The notes under the pieces were generated by a model. That model searched no databases. It worked only from the letters and a program-made list of their open reading frames with translations, and was not told the origin of the DNA. From Eledone cirrhosa (Eukaryota): a DNA stretch of 64,000 bases. Position numbers and translations under genes: made by a program. Location: positions 89,590,001 to 89,654,000 of the forward strand of contig OZ024746.1 in NCBI GenBank assembly GCA_964016885.1, given 5' to 3'. Position 1 is the first letter of the stretch. Every line of letters begins with the position of its first letter. Shown piece by piece: positions 44,702-59,934 of this stretch.

Positions 44702-44994
44702 GTAACGTCGAGCTCACCATATCTAGCACTCCATACGTAGTTTCCAGTCGATACAGCGGACGGATTTGTTATATCTTCATTACATTTATTAAGCAGTGAC
44801 GCGCGCTTCGCTATTGATCAGGGTCATTCTGTCATTACCACAGCAAAGGTCCGACGAAGTCTTGATTCCAGAATCGGGCTAGAGCGATATAGTTCGAACC
44901 TGGAGTTGATCAATAGAGAATCAAGCGTCACTACTCACTAAACGTAACTAAGACAGAACAAATTGTCCTTTTTATTATTATTATTATTATGTAT

Positions 44995-45060
<66 letters not shown>

Positions 45061-45316
45061 AGGAGGTTATCTTCTCACACTCACACACACACACTCACAT
45101 ACTTACACCTTCATGCATTCTCCCACACACTTATAAAGGCATGTATATAAAATAAAAAAATAAAAAAACCCTAAACAAACCCATTTTAAAGGGAGACTAC
45201 TCTTTATCCACCTAATTTTAACTCTTTGACATTAGAGATAGAACAGATACTCTATACTATTTCCTGTCAGCATGGCTTGGCAAGATATTTAGAACGCTGG
45301 TTTGAGACCTATATCT

Positions 45317-45353
45317 TCCTCTGAAGAAGAGATATTATCTCGAAAATAAAGGA
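45317..45353 (+). ncRNA. Probable decayed hammerhead (stem III largely deleted)
   Basis: TCCT-CTGAAGA-A GAGATA T TATCTC-GAAA-ATAA-AGGA, followed by AATAAA. Confidence 0.45.
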
Positions 45354-45453
45354 CATTTAAATAAATCTAATTGTCAACAATATCTTTTACAATTGCATTC
45401 TTTTTTCTATGTTCATACCTGCATTGTTTTGGCTTTATTACACATATTCAAAT

Positions 45454-45533
<80 letters not shown>

Positions 45534-46488
45534 AATTAATACTTTTTTCATATCCCACACGGGTAAAAATATAGGAAAAACAAGTCGAAATTAGATTAAC
45601 ATTTGTTAATAACTTCACCGGTTTCATGTCTGGATGATGTTTGAAAGTTAAATGGGAGCGTATGATCTGTATCGATGTGCTGATGTGTCATGAATCTAAT
45701 GTTTGGGGGAATTTCCTTTCGATTTATGCCAAAAAATATTGCTCAGATTGCTATCTGTTGAAAGTACAATTGGTTCGGTTGTGGATTGTCATGGGACAAA
45801 GTAGACTTTGCTTCAATATTTGGGTATATCATGGTTAGGTCAACGTGGCAAGTGACAATCTAAAAAATAATTCATGTGTTCGTGTGTGTGTTGAGATTGT
45901 TTTATTTTCATCGAAATATTTGTTTCTGTGTATTTTGGATGCTTTGAGCTGGATGGCAGTTTAAATGTCTGTATTTTTGTATGACTTGATTGTCCAGGAA
46001 TGTACGTTGCATTCCATACACACAGATACACATGCAAACTCGTAAATATCTTCACCATGTTGCTGATTGAATTAATTAATATTAATTCAATCAGCAACAT
46101 GGTGATTCATTACACTACTCATGTGACCCTATATATTCCGACGTAGGACGAAACAAACAAATATTATTTCCACACACATACACACACGCACACACATATA
46201 TACGCAGAAATAAAGACACACACAGGTACAAATACATACACATACACCCAAACAAATAATCTTTCTATAGATTTTAATTTTGGGGTATTGCCACAAACCC
46301 ATCTATACACTAGAATTCTTAATATAATAAAATAGAGACGAATTCCTTTTGAGATTAACACTAGCCCTAATGTGTGTGTATCTACGTGTGTAGGTAATGT
46401 TTATGTACGTATGTGTATTCATATGTATGTGTGGACATGTGTGAGTATACATTTGTGTATATATGTGTGTGTATGTATGTATGTGTGC

Positions 46489-46546
<58 letters not shown>

Positions 46547-47191
46547 GTGTGTATATATGTATGTATGTGTATGTATGTGTGTATGTATATATGTGTGTGT
46601 GTATATATATAGAGAGAGATTTATATATATATTTAAATGTATAGAAGGTTGGGCGTATGTGTGTGTGTATGCGTATGTATGTATAGATGTGTACGTTTAA
46701 ATAGGATATGCTTATCGTAATTGAAACAGAGCGCGAAGTAAACAACCGTATGAAGGCTTGTGGCGATATGTATCAACAAGTGGGTGTGACTGGGTCCGTG
46801 GAAGTAAGGGAGAGAGGGTGTGTGAGTATATATACTGCGATGCATGTATGTGAGAGTGGGGGATATCTGCGCATGTAGGCGTACGAGTGTGAATGCATAG
46901 GTATGTATGTGTCTGAATGTGTGTGTGTTTTTATGTGTGTATTCTAGTACGTGTGGGTGCTTACTCTGAAGTGTGAGCAGACGTGTGAAGTACTGAACCC
47001 AGCATGATTCCATTGAAATGCGTCGGACGGAAAATGGTTGATGAATCGTGTGGAAGCAGATACTGAGCAGAACATGTTATGACGTGGATTAAAAACAGCC
47101 AATGGCATGACAAGAGTGGAATGAGGGTTTTTTGAGGGTGTTGTTTTGATGATAACACCCCATTGATAACATTTGCTCCGGACATAACACC

Positions 47192-47283
47192 CGTGTCTGA
47201 AAGAACCCGCAGAAGTAGAATCAGCCAGATCCATTACAAGGACCATGACTCGAGCTACATGGCGGCGAAACATTTGTAACACG
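47192..47283 (+). ncRNA. Hammerhead ribozyme (one extra A in core)
   Basis: CGTGT-CTGAAAGA-ACCCGC...GCGGC-GAAA-CATTTG-TA-ACACG, immediately followed by AATAAA (47285-47290). Confidence 0.65.
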
Positions 47284-47412
47284 AAATAAACTAAGTCCAG
47301 ATGCATCACTGATTTTTAGTTTTCTTTATAATATCTATACTCTACTCTGATGAATATCGAGTGTTAATTTTGGCATACCGCCTATGGAAGCACCATAGCT
47401 AACACTATACAC

Positions 47413-47465
<53 letters not shown>

Positions 47466-47561
47466 TGACGAATCGAAGAAAGGAAATAAATGAAAATAGA
47501 CCCTTAAATATATTTTCTGAGATATTACCAATCTGACCTTCTCTCTCTCTCTCTCTCTCTC

Positions 47562-47621
<60 letters not shown>

Positions 47622-47622
<1 letters not shown>

Positions 47623-47815
47623 AAAGTACAGCATATTCGAAGTTCGAGCAGTAGCTAAGCCAACGAATGCCTTCAGCAGTGCAGCCAAGCACTCGACAAG
47701 GTATAGACCTCAGAGTAATAACATACAGTTTAAAGGGCTTTGCAAATTGAAAATAGCGACCGCTAATTCAGCTGCGTTATCTGTAGCAACGAAAGAGCTG
47801 ACTAGTGAGAAAAAA
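47622..47815 (-). mobile_element. Family B 3' fragment
   Basis: Reverse complement of ~30040-30230 (GTATGTTATTACTCTGAGG...TGTCGAGTGCTTGGCTGCACTGCTGAA...TCGAATATGCTGTACTTT). Confidence 0.75.
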
Positions 47816-47859
47816 TACACACGCACACATACATACACACACATATATGTATACATATA

Positions 47860-49197
<1,338 letters not shown>

Positions 49198-50361
49198 AGA
49201 TTGGAAAATATATTTAAAGCACGGAAAATATATTTAAAGGTCTATTTCTTTTTTTTTTTCTTTCGTCGATTCGCCACAGTAACATTATTGAAGTAATGAG
49301 AGGGCCAGTTCTTTTAAAAAAGAGTTTTATAAAGTATATAACGTATAACCGGTTTCGATGTATTAGTAACATTACTCTTGTGAAATTTTGAGTATTACAA
49401 TTAAAGAGAATTAATAAGAATGAAAAACTAAAATCAAAGATTTAAAATTGTTGAGGCTAGTTTTTTTCATCTTTATTGTTGATATATATATATATATATA
49501 CATATAAACCAGCGTCATGTTAGAATCCCATATATTGAACTTACTGGGCGCCGACGATATACATTTATAAGATTCAGTAAGGTTTGACGCAGAAAATCTC
49601 TATTTCTAAAACATTTTATAAACACTTGCTATAAAATAACATACAAATGTGTGGTAAAGACCCCCAGAGGCCATTAAGATGAATCAAACTCCATATCACA
49701 CAGATTCCTGTTAATTCAATTCACCCTAACGGCCGTGGCAAACATTTATCCGTCGCTTTACCAGATTCTTCTCAGTTGCTAACTTTTATCAACTGACTGT
49801 AATTGCATTTACATTATGCGGCTGAGATTGCTACGTTTAATATACCTACATGTGTGTGTATGTGTGTGTGTATATATATATATAATATATATATGTTTGT
49901 GTATGTGCGTGTATGTGTGTGTGTGTGTGTAGGCATGTTATTCTGTCCCGTGCTTGTATTATACGATGAAAACTATATAAAATATTGTCAACAATTTCTG
50001 GTGTTATGAAATAAAACTGGTTTCGTGGTGGCATGATGATGCGATTTCAAGTAAATACTTCTTGTTAAAGTCATTTTTCATATAACGATATCTTTTTATA
50101 TACTAGTTAATAAAATAAACACGATTTTTTGAAATCTTACAAAAACGATACATATGTATAACTTTGTGTCCACTCACGATATCTACTTATATATATTTTC
50201 AACGAATGGAACCAATAAAAGAAGAAACAATTTTAGAGGAATATGAACAGAATCAAGCATTAAAATACACACACACACACATATATATATATATACGCAT
50301 ACATACATATATATATGCGTGATGTGTGTGTGTGTGTATGTCAGTTTGTGTATTTATGTGT

Positions 50362-50459
<98 letters not shown>

Positions 50460-51400
50460 TATTAAGTAACAAATTTACTAATCTTGATATATTATAGAAT
50501 AGATTAAATATTTTCTTTGACAGGATGTATATTTCCTGGAGCAAATTTCTTTATGTTTGCAGAATTTTCAGCATGAAATAATCGATAATCGTAAGTAGCC
50601 TGGAAAATCATTCAAAATATAATTTTTTTTAATTCATAAATTTGAAAATTTTCCGACGCAATAGAAATTCGCTTTCGTAAATAAACAAGGTGATGAAGTT
50701 AGATTTCATATAGCGTTCTATTTACGGAATATATATAGTCTTCACATTTATTATTACTATATATATATATATGAGAAACGTATATATATATATATGAGAA
50801 ACGTATATATATATATATATATGAGAAAATATTATAAAAGTGTATTAGTGTAATGATATAAACAAGTATTACTGAAAAATGTCATTATGAAATAATTTAC
50901 CAACTACTTACAACCATTGGGATAGATCCTGAAGAAGATTATGTGTATTTTTATTTTATCGTTCTAAAAATATATTTATTATACATGACAACATTAAATA
51001 GCGAAATGCGGAAAGAAAAATTAGTTGTGTTTTAATAGTTTTCTGTTTCAAATTTACAATTAAATACAGAGTATGCCCATTAATTTTAGCAAAGAGTCAT
51101 AATCTCCTACCATCCCATATTCGCATACAATCGGTGGGAATCTTTCCTAACCTTTACAAAAACATGGCTTATGAATTCTATTCGTCATAGATAGGAAAGA
51201 TCAATTTGCATATTATGTGTTCATTCTGACTAACAAATTATCGGGGATTTAGCAGCTTTAACTCCAGTGAGTGCTAGGAAGCTTACTGTTGGTGTGGAAA
51301 TTACAGAATGTAAGATGTGTGTAAGAAGGGACCAAGGGTTGTGGCCCAATTGCTTCCGTAAGAAAGAAGTTGCAGATTTAGTTGAATTAAATAATTATAT

Positions 51401-52145
51401 TAATAATTGTTTCTACTTTTGGCACAAAGCCAGCAATTACCCCAGGACATTACTGGTACTTTATTTTATCGAACCCGTAAGGATGATAGGCAACTAATAA
51501 TAATCGCTTTGAATAATTATAATAACTTACAGTGAACCCAATCTTGCATTGATATTAATAATTGTTTCTACTATTGGCACAAGACCAGAAATTACCCAGT
51601 ACATTACTGGTACTTTATTTTATCGACCCCGTAAGGATGAAAGGCAAAGTTAACCTCGGCGGGATTTGAACTCAGAATGGCAAGGGCCGTAACTCTATGC
51701 GTCAAAGCATGGCGTCCGACCCTCTACCGATACTGCCAATCCACAATAATGATTTCTAACTTAAGCACAAGGCCAACAATTTGTGGGGAGGGAAGGCGTT
51801 ATTATAATGACCTCATTACATGATGGTACTTTATTATATAGACCCCGAAAGGATGAAAGGATAACTAGTTCTTGGCGAGATTTGAACTCAGGACGTAAAG
51901 AGCTGGAATAGTTCCAACGATTTTACCAATCTATCTCCCTTATAGTATTATACAATATTTCGGAGAGGGGAAACGTCGATTTGATCCACCACGTGTGTTA
52001 CTGTTGTAATATTTATCGACTGCCATAAGGATGAAAATCAATGCTAACTTTAGCGGGTTTTGAACTCAGAACGGAAAGTGCCGGTATAAATGCCGCAAAT
52101 TATTTTTTCGGACATTCTAACGATTTTGCCAATCCACCGCCCTTA
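51401..52145 (-). mobile_element. Cluster of four S1-type SINE copies of different ages
   Basis: Repeated GGATGAAAGG...TTTGAACTCAG motifs at ~51401-51495, 51556-51745, 51746-51940 and 51960-52145. Confidence 0.75.
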
Positions 52146-52270
52146 TATCGAGAACCATAATTGCAGTATATTATAATCGACAATGTACTGGGTACAAAAC
52201 TACGCTAGAAATAGCTTACAGGTATCCCGTTAATCAATTCATATTTGTATGTGCGTGTGTACATGTGAGT

Positions 52271-52349
<79 letters not shown>

Positions 52350-52375
52350 GTATTAGGTATATATTTTAATCATTC

Positions 52376-52487
52376 TGCTCTGAGGATACAGTGATCACAC
52401 CATTGGATATTTGAGTTCTGCAAATAGTTGTAAATTTGCACATAGCATAACTAGGCTGTAGTACCACCGTGGAAACATTTGTAAGCA
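52376..52487 (+). ncRNA. Type-I hammerhead ribozyme with extended stem II
   Basis: TGCT-CTGAGGA-TACAGTG...CACCGTG-GAAA-CATTTG-TA-AGCA, with AATAAA at ~52493. It lies in a ~190-bp island between TA runs. Confidence 0.7.
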
Positions 52488-52534
52488 CACGGAATAAATT
52501 ACCTTTTTATGATGTCTACCTGTTATTATTCATT

Positions 52535-52623
<89 letters not shown>

Positions 52624-52776
52624 TACACGGGCGTGTATGATTGTGTATAGAAGATTATATTAATAAAAGGAATTCCAACTTTGTCGGATTTACTCGTTTT
52701 ATTTACAATCCTTTAACATTTTATAATGGCATTAGAATGAAATAGTATGGTAGAATATTAAATGTTAAGTGTTAAT

Positions 52777-52815
52777 TGAACAAGTACTTTCATGCTTTCG
52801 CAATCTTCAGGTTCA
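52777..52815 (-). ncRNA. Minimal hammerhead ribozyme (inverted copy)
   Basis: Minus strand: TGAAC-CTGAAGA-TTGCGAAAGCAT-GAAA-GTAC-TT-GTTCA. Confidence 0.82.
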
Positions 52816-52887
52816 TAATGTGTGGTGACATTCAAGTTTGCAATTTTCAACTGTTGAAAATTGCAAACTTGAATGTCACCACACATT

Positions 52888-52928
52888 TTGAACCTGAAGA
52901 TTGCGAAAGCATGAAAGTACTTGTTCAA
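52888..52928 (+). ncRNA. Minimal hammerhead ribozyme
   Basis: TTGAAC-CTGAAGA-TTGCGAAAGCAT-GAAA-GTAC-TT-GTTCAA, with a CUU triplet and palindromic GTAC stem III. Confidence 0.85.
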
Positions 52929-53702
52929 TTAATACTTAACATTTAATATTCTACCATACTATTTCATTCTAATGCCATTATAACATTTTAAAGGATTGTA
53001 AATAAAACGAGTAAATCAGACAAAGTTGGAATTCCTTTTATTAATATATATATATATATATATATATATCACAGTACATGTGTTGATATGATGGAATAAA
53101 GCTCTTCAAAGATGATGGACAAATACGTAGGAGTGCTGTAACTGAAAGCATTACAATAAAATAAGGATGAATTTAATAAAATCTGATCACATTTATATCA
53201 TGTTTCTCTGTTCATTTTCTTAATACCCTATTCCTTTTATTTTCACTATATTTTCCTTCATTTCTCATTTTCCCGGTTTTCTCCTCTAAATCCACATTTA
53301 AGTGCTTTCATCTAAATTCTAACTTTGTTGCTTTTATTTTCAATTCCATATTTTGCAATCTCTTTCGTCATCCCTTTACGAATTTTCTGTAGTTTCTGGT
53401 ATCCTTTACTCGAGATATTTTCGTCATCTTACATATCTACTATTGTTAACCAATTTTCTCGTTTTTATTTCCAACAGATTGTATTTCCACTACCTGTGAG
53501 TATTGCTTCACTCCCTTTTATCATAATCTTTTGTTTACTTTGCCTGTCTTCATAGATATTGACAGCAGTTCTCTCCTCTAATGTCTATTATCTTTCTCTT
53601 TATTTGTTACTGATTGCTCTCAATGTCTGCCTGTCTGTTTTTCTATCTCTCAATGTTAAGGAGTGAACTATATAAACCTCACACACTTACTTACGCACAC
53701 TC

Positions 53703-53743
<41 letters not shown>

Positions 53744-53883
53744 TACACACACACATATATGTATGGATATACATTTATGTATATATATTTATATATATAT
53801 ATATATGCACACACACACACGTATGTATGTATATATATTTATGTATATATATATAACTGGTGGATTTATCTGTGTATATATAA

Positions 53884-53930
<47 letters not shown>

Positions 53931-53931
<1 letters not shown>

Positions 53932-53974
53932 GAAAGGTATAGAAAACACTGCAGCGAAAAGCCAACAGCAATCC

Positions 53975-54008
<34 letters not shown>

Positions 54009-54248
54009 GGGAAATCAGTAAAATCGAATCTCTGGCGGTTTGCAAGTGAATTCGGCCTACTTATATGAAATGATGAGTTAGCAAAGCACTCGATAAGATA
54101 GGTGCTTTGCTAACTCATCATTTCATATAAGTAGGCCGAATTCACTTGCAAACCGCCAGAGATTCAATTTTACTGATTTCCCATTATATATTTATATATA
54201 TTATGGAGTGCTGTTGGCTTTTCGCTGCAGTGTTTTCTATACCTTTCA
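53931..54248. repeat. ~320-bp near-perfect palindrome (family B 3' end plus flank)
   Basis: 53931-~54088 is the reverse complement of ~54103-54248, with the centre near TCGATAAGATAG. Confidence 0.85.
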
Positions 54249-54272
54249 GTTATATATATATATATATATATA

Positions 54273-55445
54273 TATTCTTTAATAAACAAAACTTATTATT
54301 TCTGAAGACGGCGGGTAGGGAAGACGTATGTATATTTTCTTACTTTGATAAATCGTAATATATTTTATATAGATCAGTAATAGAATGAACATACGGAGAA
54401 CTACCCCCCACCCCACAGAAAGGATCGTAAAATAATGAGTTTTACTATGGCTTACCCGTATTTTGTTTAATTTCATTGTTTTCACTATTTGTATTATTTT
54501 GATTATGCTTCCAATGAATTATATCGTTAAAATTTTGTATTTTAAAATTTGCTTCACCAGATCTTCTACATACAGATTACATCGAGTTCTTCATACGGCT
54601 TGGACTCTACCATTAATTGGTGGATTTATCCGTGTATATATAAATAAATAAATATATATACTGGGGGGGGGGGGGGGGAGGGGTAGTCTCCGTATCTTCA
54701 TTCTATTACTGATCTATGTAAAATATATTACAAATTATCAAAGTAAGAAAATATACATACGTTTTCCCTACCCGCCGTCTTCAGAAATAATAAGTTTTGT
54801 TTATTGAAGAATATAAACACATGTATGAATAAGTAACCTTTTAAGAACAAGTTTGAGATTGACCAACAGTAAAAATAGGAAGGGGCAATATAGATCAATA
54901 AGCTGGTAGTAGTAGATGAATAAATTAGCAGTCAGGGGGTAAAGGTATCGAATGACCCTTAAGAAAGGCAAAGAAAGTTGTGAGTGTAAAGGAATTTACA
55001 CAGATTGTATAGATAAGTAGGTCAAGGAATATTAAAGTTGGAGGAAAAGGGGTGAAAAATATCAGTGTGTTATATCTAGTAGAACAGTATAGAACAATAT
55101 TTGTTATTTCTTTGTTCAAGAGGAATACTTTGTTCTAAAAATAGAACAAGTGAGGACTCTAGATGGAACCAAAGAAATGTACAATTTAGATAAAGAAATA
55201 TATAGGGAAAAATCTGTCTAACTATTGTATTGTGTTAGAGTGGTCAGAATGAAGTTATTCCTGTAGGGAATTTTATTTTCGAATAAGAAATCTCATTAAT
55301 AATCTGGTTTTCTTAATAGGTTTAAATGCATATCTAATAAAGTTTTGTCAGAGTGTTGAATATAATGTGCTCATTAATAGTTAATTATTTAAGACAGTTA
55401 TAGGGATGAGATATAGGATTGAATCTATGGATTAATTCTAATATC
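54273..55445. mobile_element. Family D non-coding element with inverted HHR-bearing end
   Basis: 54273-54415 (+) is inverted at ~54662-54813. 54700-55445 is the reverse complement of ~61855-62625. Confidence 0.8.
54291..54440 (+). ncRNA. Hammerhead ribozyme with long stem II (family D)
   Basis: ACTTATTATTT-CTGAAGA-CGGCGGGTAG...CTACCCCC..-GAAA-GGATCG-TA-AAATAATGAGT, with one stem III mismatch. Confidence 0.65.
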
Positions 55446-55502
55446 AATAAAAAAAATATATATATACAAACACACACACATTCACACACACGCCCCCCCC
55501 CC

Positions 55503-55537
<35 letters not shown>

Positions 55538-55539
55538 TC

Positions 55540-58390
55540 TCTTTTATATATATTTTTTCCTTTATTTGTTAGTTGTATTTATAATACTTGAATGTCTTTC
55601 TAATTCTATGTTACATGCGATAATACATTCCTGTCTTTTATTTAATATAATGTCTTTCGATTTAGTAATTTCAAAAGTTTCTTGGGAACATATTCCACAC
55701 TCCTTGATAAGAAATGGCTCTTTAGAGAATCTTGCAAGTTATGTCATAATTAATTTTCTTCTTTTCACAATTATTAACTGCTTCCGCTAAAGGATTGGTA
55801 TTAGCTAATCTTGTGGTTCGAAAACTGTGCATAAAATCTCGATTTAAACGGATTAGATGTGGATCCAATATAGGATGTGATTTGTGTCTTTAGTGGTAAT
55901 TATACATTTAAACTCTATATTATTAATTAAGCAATTTCCATTTAAGGGGCAATTACTTTTTACTCTACAATTACAACCGTTTGTACATAGGGTTTCAGAT
56001 GTGCTTGATATATTCCCAATAATAGTGCTAGTATTTGTATTTACATTTTTATATGAGAGAGAAGGGTTTGCGGTTGGGTGGTCATGGCTAGAAGGGTTGT
56101 TAGTTTGTGAAATTATAGGGCATATAGTGTTTATAGAATCATGGTTGTTTTGGAACTTACTGGTCAGATGGGGTATGTAATTATTAGTTCCTATTATGGA
56201 TGAGGAAGATGGTAGTTGGTTGTAGGCTGATATATTTTGTTGGTGAGGTTATTGAGTGGATGTAACTGGTGGATAGGTAATAATATTCTGGTTATGTGTT
56301 GTAGTATTATTGTAGTTAGTTTGTGTGTGGTGTTTTAGAGGTGTACATGGAGCTTTTTTACATTTATAAATGTCATATGCACTTATTTTTTGTTGTATAT
56401 TGCTCGATGTGGAGTAAGAAAATTTTACTGCATATCTGTTTAAGGTTTTTATGGTATTTGTGGTTAGGTTTTATCCTTGTAGCCAATTCTAGTTAAGGCC
56501 TCATTATAATAAGATGCATTTTTATAGAATAGTTCTTCATTAGATGATAATTTAGATAATATGAGTGAGATATTGTACACTAGAATTTTTAGTATGGAAC
56601 CAGAATGGTTAGATTGTGAGTGTATATAATGCAGGTTTGGGATTGGTTTATGGTAGGGTTGGTAAATTCCTGTTGATAAATGCCTGTTGATAGAAGTGGC
56701 TACAAGGATAAAATATTTTACATACCTAACACCATAAATACCTCCAACATACAACCAAACATAAACAACAAACACCGTAAGAAACACCTAAAAGTTAATG
56801 CTAGCAATAAAGCACGGACAAACATAGATCCTACCATTACTCCTAGTACCCCCATTAATATGAATGACACAAACTCTCTAAAAATCATCAATCCTAACGC
56901 TTCTGAATACTTCTATAACCTACCTAATAACATTACTACAAACCATACGAAAACACCTAACTCCATTAATCATAAAAAAGCAGTTAATAATATCTTATAT
57001 ATTAATTCTCACAATAAACCTAATGATATATTACCTATTTCATTGAACCTTCAACCTAAGCAAACCACATCTTAAACATTCAATAAACCAGAGAAACATA
57101 TCCGAACTACTATAAATAACAAGAATAATACCAAAATACCAGGTCCAATCAATAAGGCTCCATTAATAAAACTCCCAATATCATCTATAAATCAAACAAA
57201 AACAATAAATCAAACACTAATAGAATTCAAAAATCTACTAAGTAATTTGTTCACACCCCTAATAACAATCACAATATTATAGTATCATCTGATAACAAAA
57301 TCTACCCTCAAACTTCTATACATGCCCAATATAAAAATAGAAACCAACTACAAACCAGAAAAGAAATGTAACATGGTATACTGCTCCATTTAACTTGAAA
57401 ACTATGGGCCAAATCCCTAAAAACGTTTTTGCAATTCTCGATAAACATTTCCCACCTAACCACAAATACCATCAAATCTTAAACAGATATACAGTAACAT
57501 TTTCGTACTGCACATCGAGCAATATACAACAAAAAATAAGTGCATATAACATCTATAAATGTAAAAAAAGCTCCATGTATACCTCTAGCACACCACACAC
57601 AAACTAAATATAATAATACTACAACGCATAACCAGAATATTATTACCTCTCCATCAGTTAGTTACATCCACTCACTCACCTCACCAACACAATACATATG
57701 CCTACAACCAACTACCATCTTCCTCATCCTTAATAGGAACTAAGAATTACATAGCCAATCTGACCAATAATTTCCAAAACAACCATGATTCTATAAACAC
57801 TATATGCCCTATAATTTCATCAACTAACAACCCTTAGAGCCATTACCACCCAACCGCAAACCCTTCTCTCTCATATAAAAATGTAAATACAAATACTAGC
57901 ACAGTTAGTGGGAATATAGCAAGCACATCTGAAACCCTATGTACAAACGGTTGCAATTGTAGAGTAAAACGCAATTGCCCTTTAAATGGAAATTGTTTAA
58001 TTAATAATATAGTATATAAATGTATAATTATCACTAAGAACTCTAATCAATCATATATTGGATCCACATCTAATCCGTTTAAATCGAGATTTTATGCACA
58101 AACCCAGTTTTTGAAACTAGCTAATACCATTTCTTTAGCGGAAGCAGTTAATAATTGTAAAAAGAAGAAATTTAATTATAACCTAACTTGGAAGATTCTC
58201 AAAAGAGCCATTTCTTATCAAAGCAACAGAACGGAGTGTGGACTATGTTTCCCAGAAATTTTAGAAATTACTAAATCGAAAGACATTATATTAAAAGACA
58301 GAAGTTAATTATCGCATGTAACCATTGAAATAGAAAGCCATTCAAGTATTATAAATACAACTAAACAAATAGAGAAAAAGAATTAAAGAT
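55540..58390 (+). mobile_element. Decayed Penelope-like element with ~0.9-kb inverted duplication
   Basis: GIY-YIG region CNCRVKRNCPLNGNCLINNIVYKC...SYIGSTSNPFKSRF...WKILKRA...CGLC at ~57950-58308, inverted at ~55600-55985. The RT thumb YQPYHKP...YIHSQSNH lies on the minus strand at 56464-56690. Confidence 0.85.
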
Positions 58391-58391
58391 G

Positions 58392-58493
<102 letters not shown>

Positions 58494-58782
58494 AGTGTGT
58501 GTGTGTGTAAAAGAGAAAATACAGGCAAGCATTAAAAAAGGATTTTATCCAGGTATTTATGACCGTTTCATTGGTAAGCGCAACCCTATATCGTTATACT
58601 GCAAATAGCAGCCACTCGATAATAACCGTTATTCACCTCCAAATTTTCAAAATAATGAATAAGTTACTTTAAAAGGCTCTTAATATATAAACAAAACAAC
58701 ATTTTTTTGGAATCGTATTTACTAGTATGGAGAGAGCGGAAGGAGGAGAAGAAATGGGAAGTAGAGGGACAAAACCTCAAAT

Positions 58783-59529
58783 GTGTATACGATGGCTATT
58801 AATACATACAATAGCTTCATACGGAAGGAATTACATAGGAAATACAGAAAAACTAACGAGACAGCACTGATAAACATCAACAACGAGGCACACAATATAG
58901 TCAAACACCTAGGAATAGAGGATAGAACAGAGCCACTTAGGCCATGTACCTCCACATTTAATCTCAAGGACCATAAGGTAAATTTTGTTCATAGCTCCAC
59001 AATTAGACTTATATGCCCGTCCAAATCAGACATTGGGAAAATTAGCAAACATATATTAGACAGAGTAATAGCACAAATGACGAATAAACTAGTGATTAAA
59101 CTATGGGGTAACACTACCGAAACAATTAAATGGGTTAACAGTATAACTAACAAAACATTATCTAAGTTTATACAATTTGACATTAACGACTATTACTCCT
59201 CTATATCACCCAATACCTTAGATAAAGCCTTAGCATTCGTCAAAACCAATTCTGAGCTGACAGACGACGAGATAAACATTATATTAGCTGCTAGGAAAAC
59301 AATAATTAAATTTGAAAACGCCTATTGCGAACGTAAGGATAGATTATATAACTTTCACATCACAATGGGGGCTAATGACTCGGCTCAGGTCACGGATTTA
59401 GTAGGTATTTACATAGCCCATAGTTTACATAAGGAATCTAAAGACCTTCAGGGTGGAATCTACAGAGACGACGCCTTTCTTCTAGTTAAGAACATAAATA
59501 ACCAGAGCATAGAAAGACTGCAATACTGA
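58783..59529 (+). pseudogene. PLE reverse transcriptase fragment
   Basis: LKDHK..F..RLICPSKSDIGKISKHILD, QFDINDYYSSI, MGANDSAQVTDLVGIYI and GIYRDDA, followed by an internal deletion and stop. Confidence 0.85.
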
Positions 59530-59934
59530 AAATAGAAATACAACTTCAAAATCAAACAGGTCACGCAGTAGAAAATATATTTGGTATAACCCCATATTTA
59601 ACACCTCCATTGGTACCAACCTACCCTCTACGTTCATTACAATAATAAATAAGCACTTTCCAGATTGACATAGATACAACAAAATCCTTAACACTAAATC
59701 TGTCAGACTATCTTATTCCACTGCACCAAACATAGAGGCACAGTTTAAGATGCTTAACGCTAAAAAGATACGTAACAACACCGGAACACACATTTATAAT
59801 AATAACAATACTATTGCCATCGAACACAACAGAATATCTAATACACAACCACCCACTAGAAGGCAAACAAAACGTAACACACTTGTATAGGCATCGTAGC
59901 CCACCAATAATGCCAGAGTTGCCCATGACAAGAA

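Larger units (their letters stand above)
52622..53047. mobile_element. Solo palindromic PLE pLTR (two inverted HHR-bearing arms)
   Basis: ~52656-52848 is the reverse complement of ~52852-53047. The sequence matches the 3' end of the PLE at 48820-49047. Confidence 0.85.

Noticed and set aside
50928-51020. CTGAAGA...GAAATGCGG possible hammerhead
   Set aside because: No consistent stem III, cleavage triplet or stem I partner.
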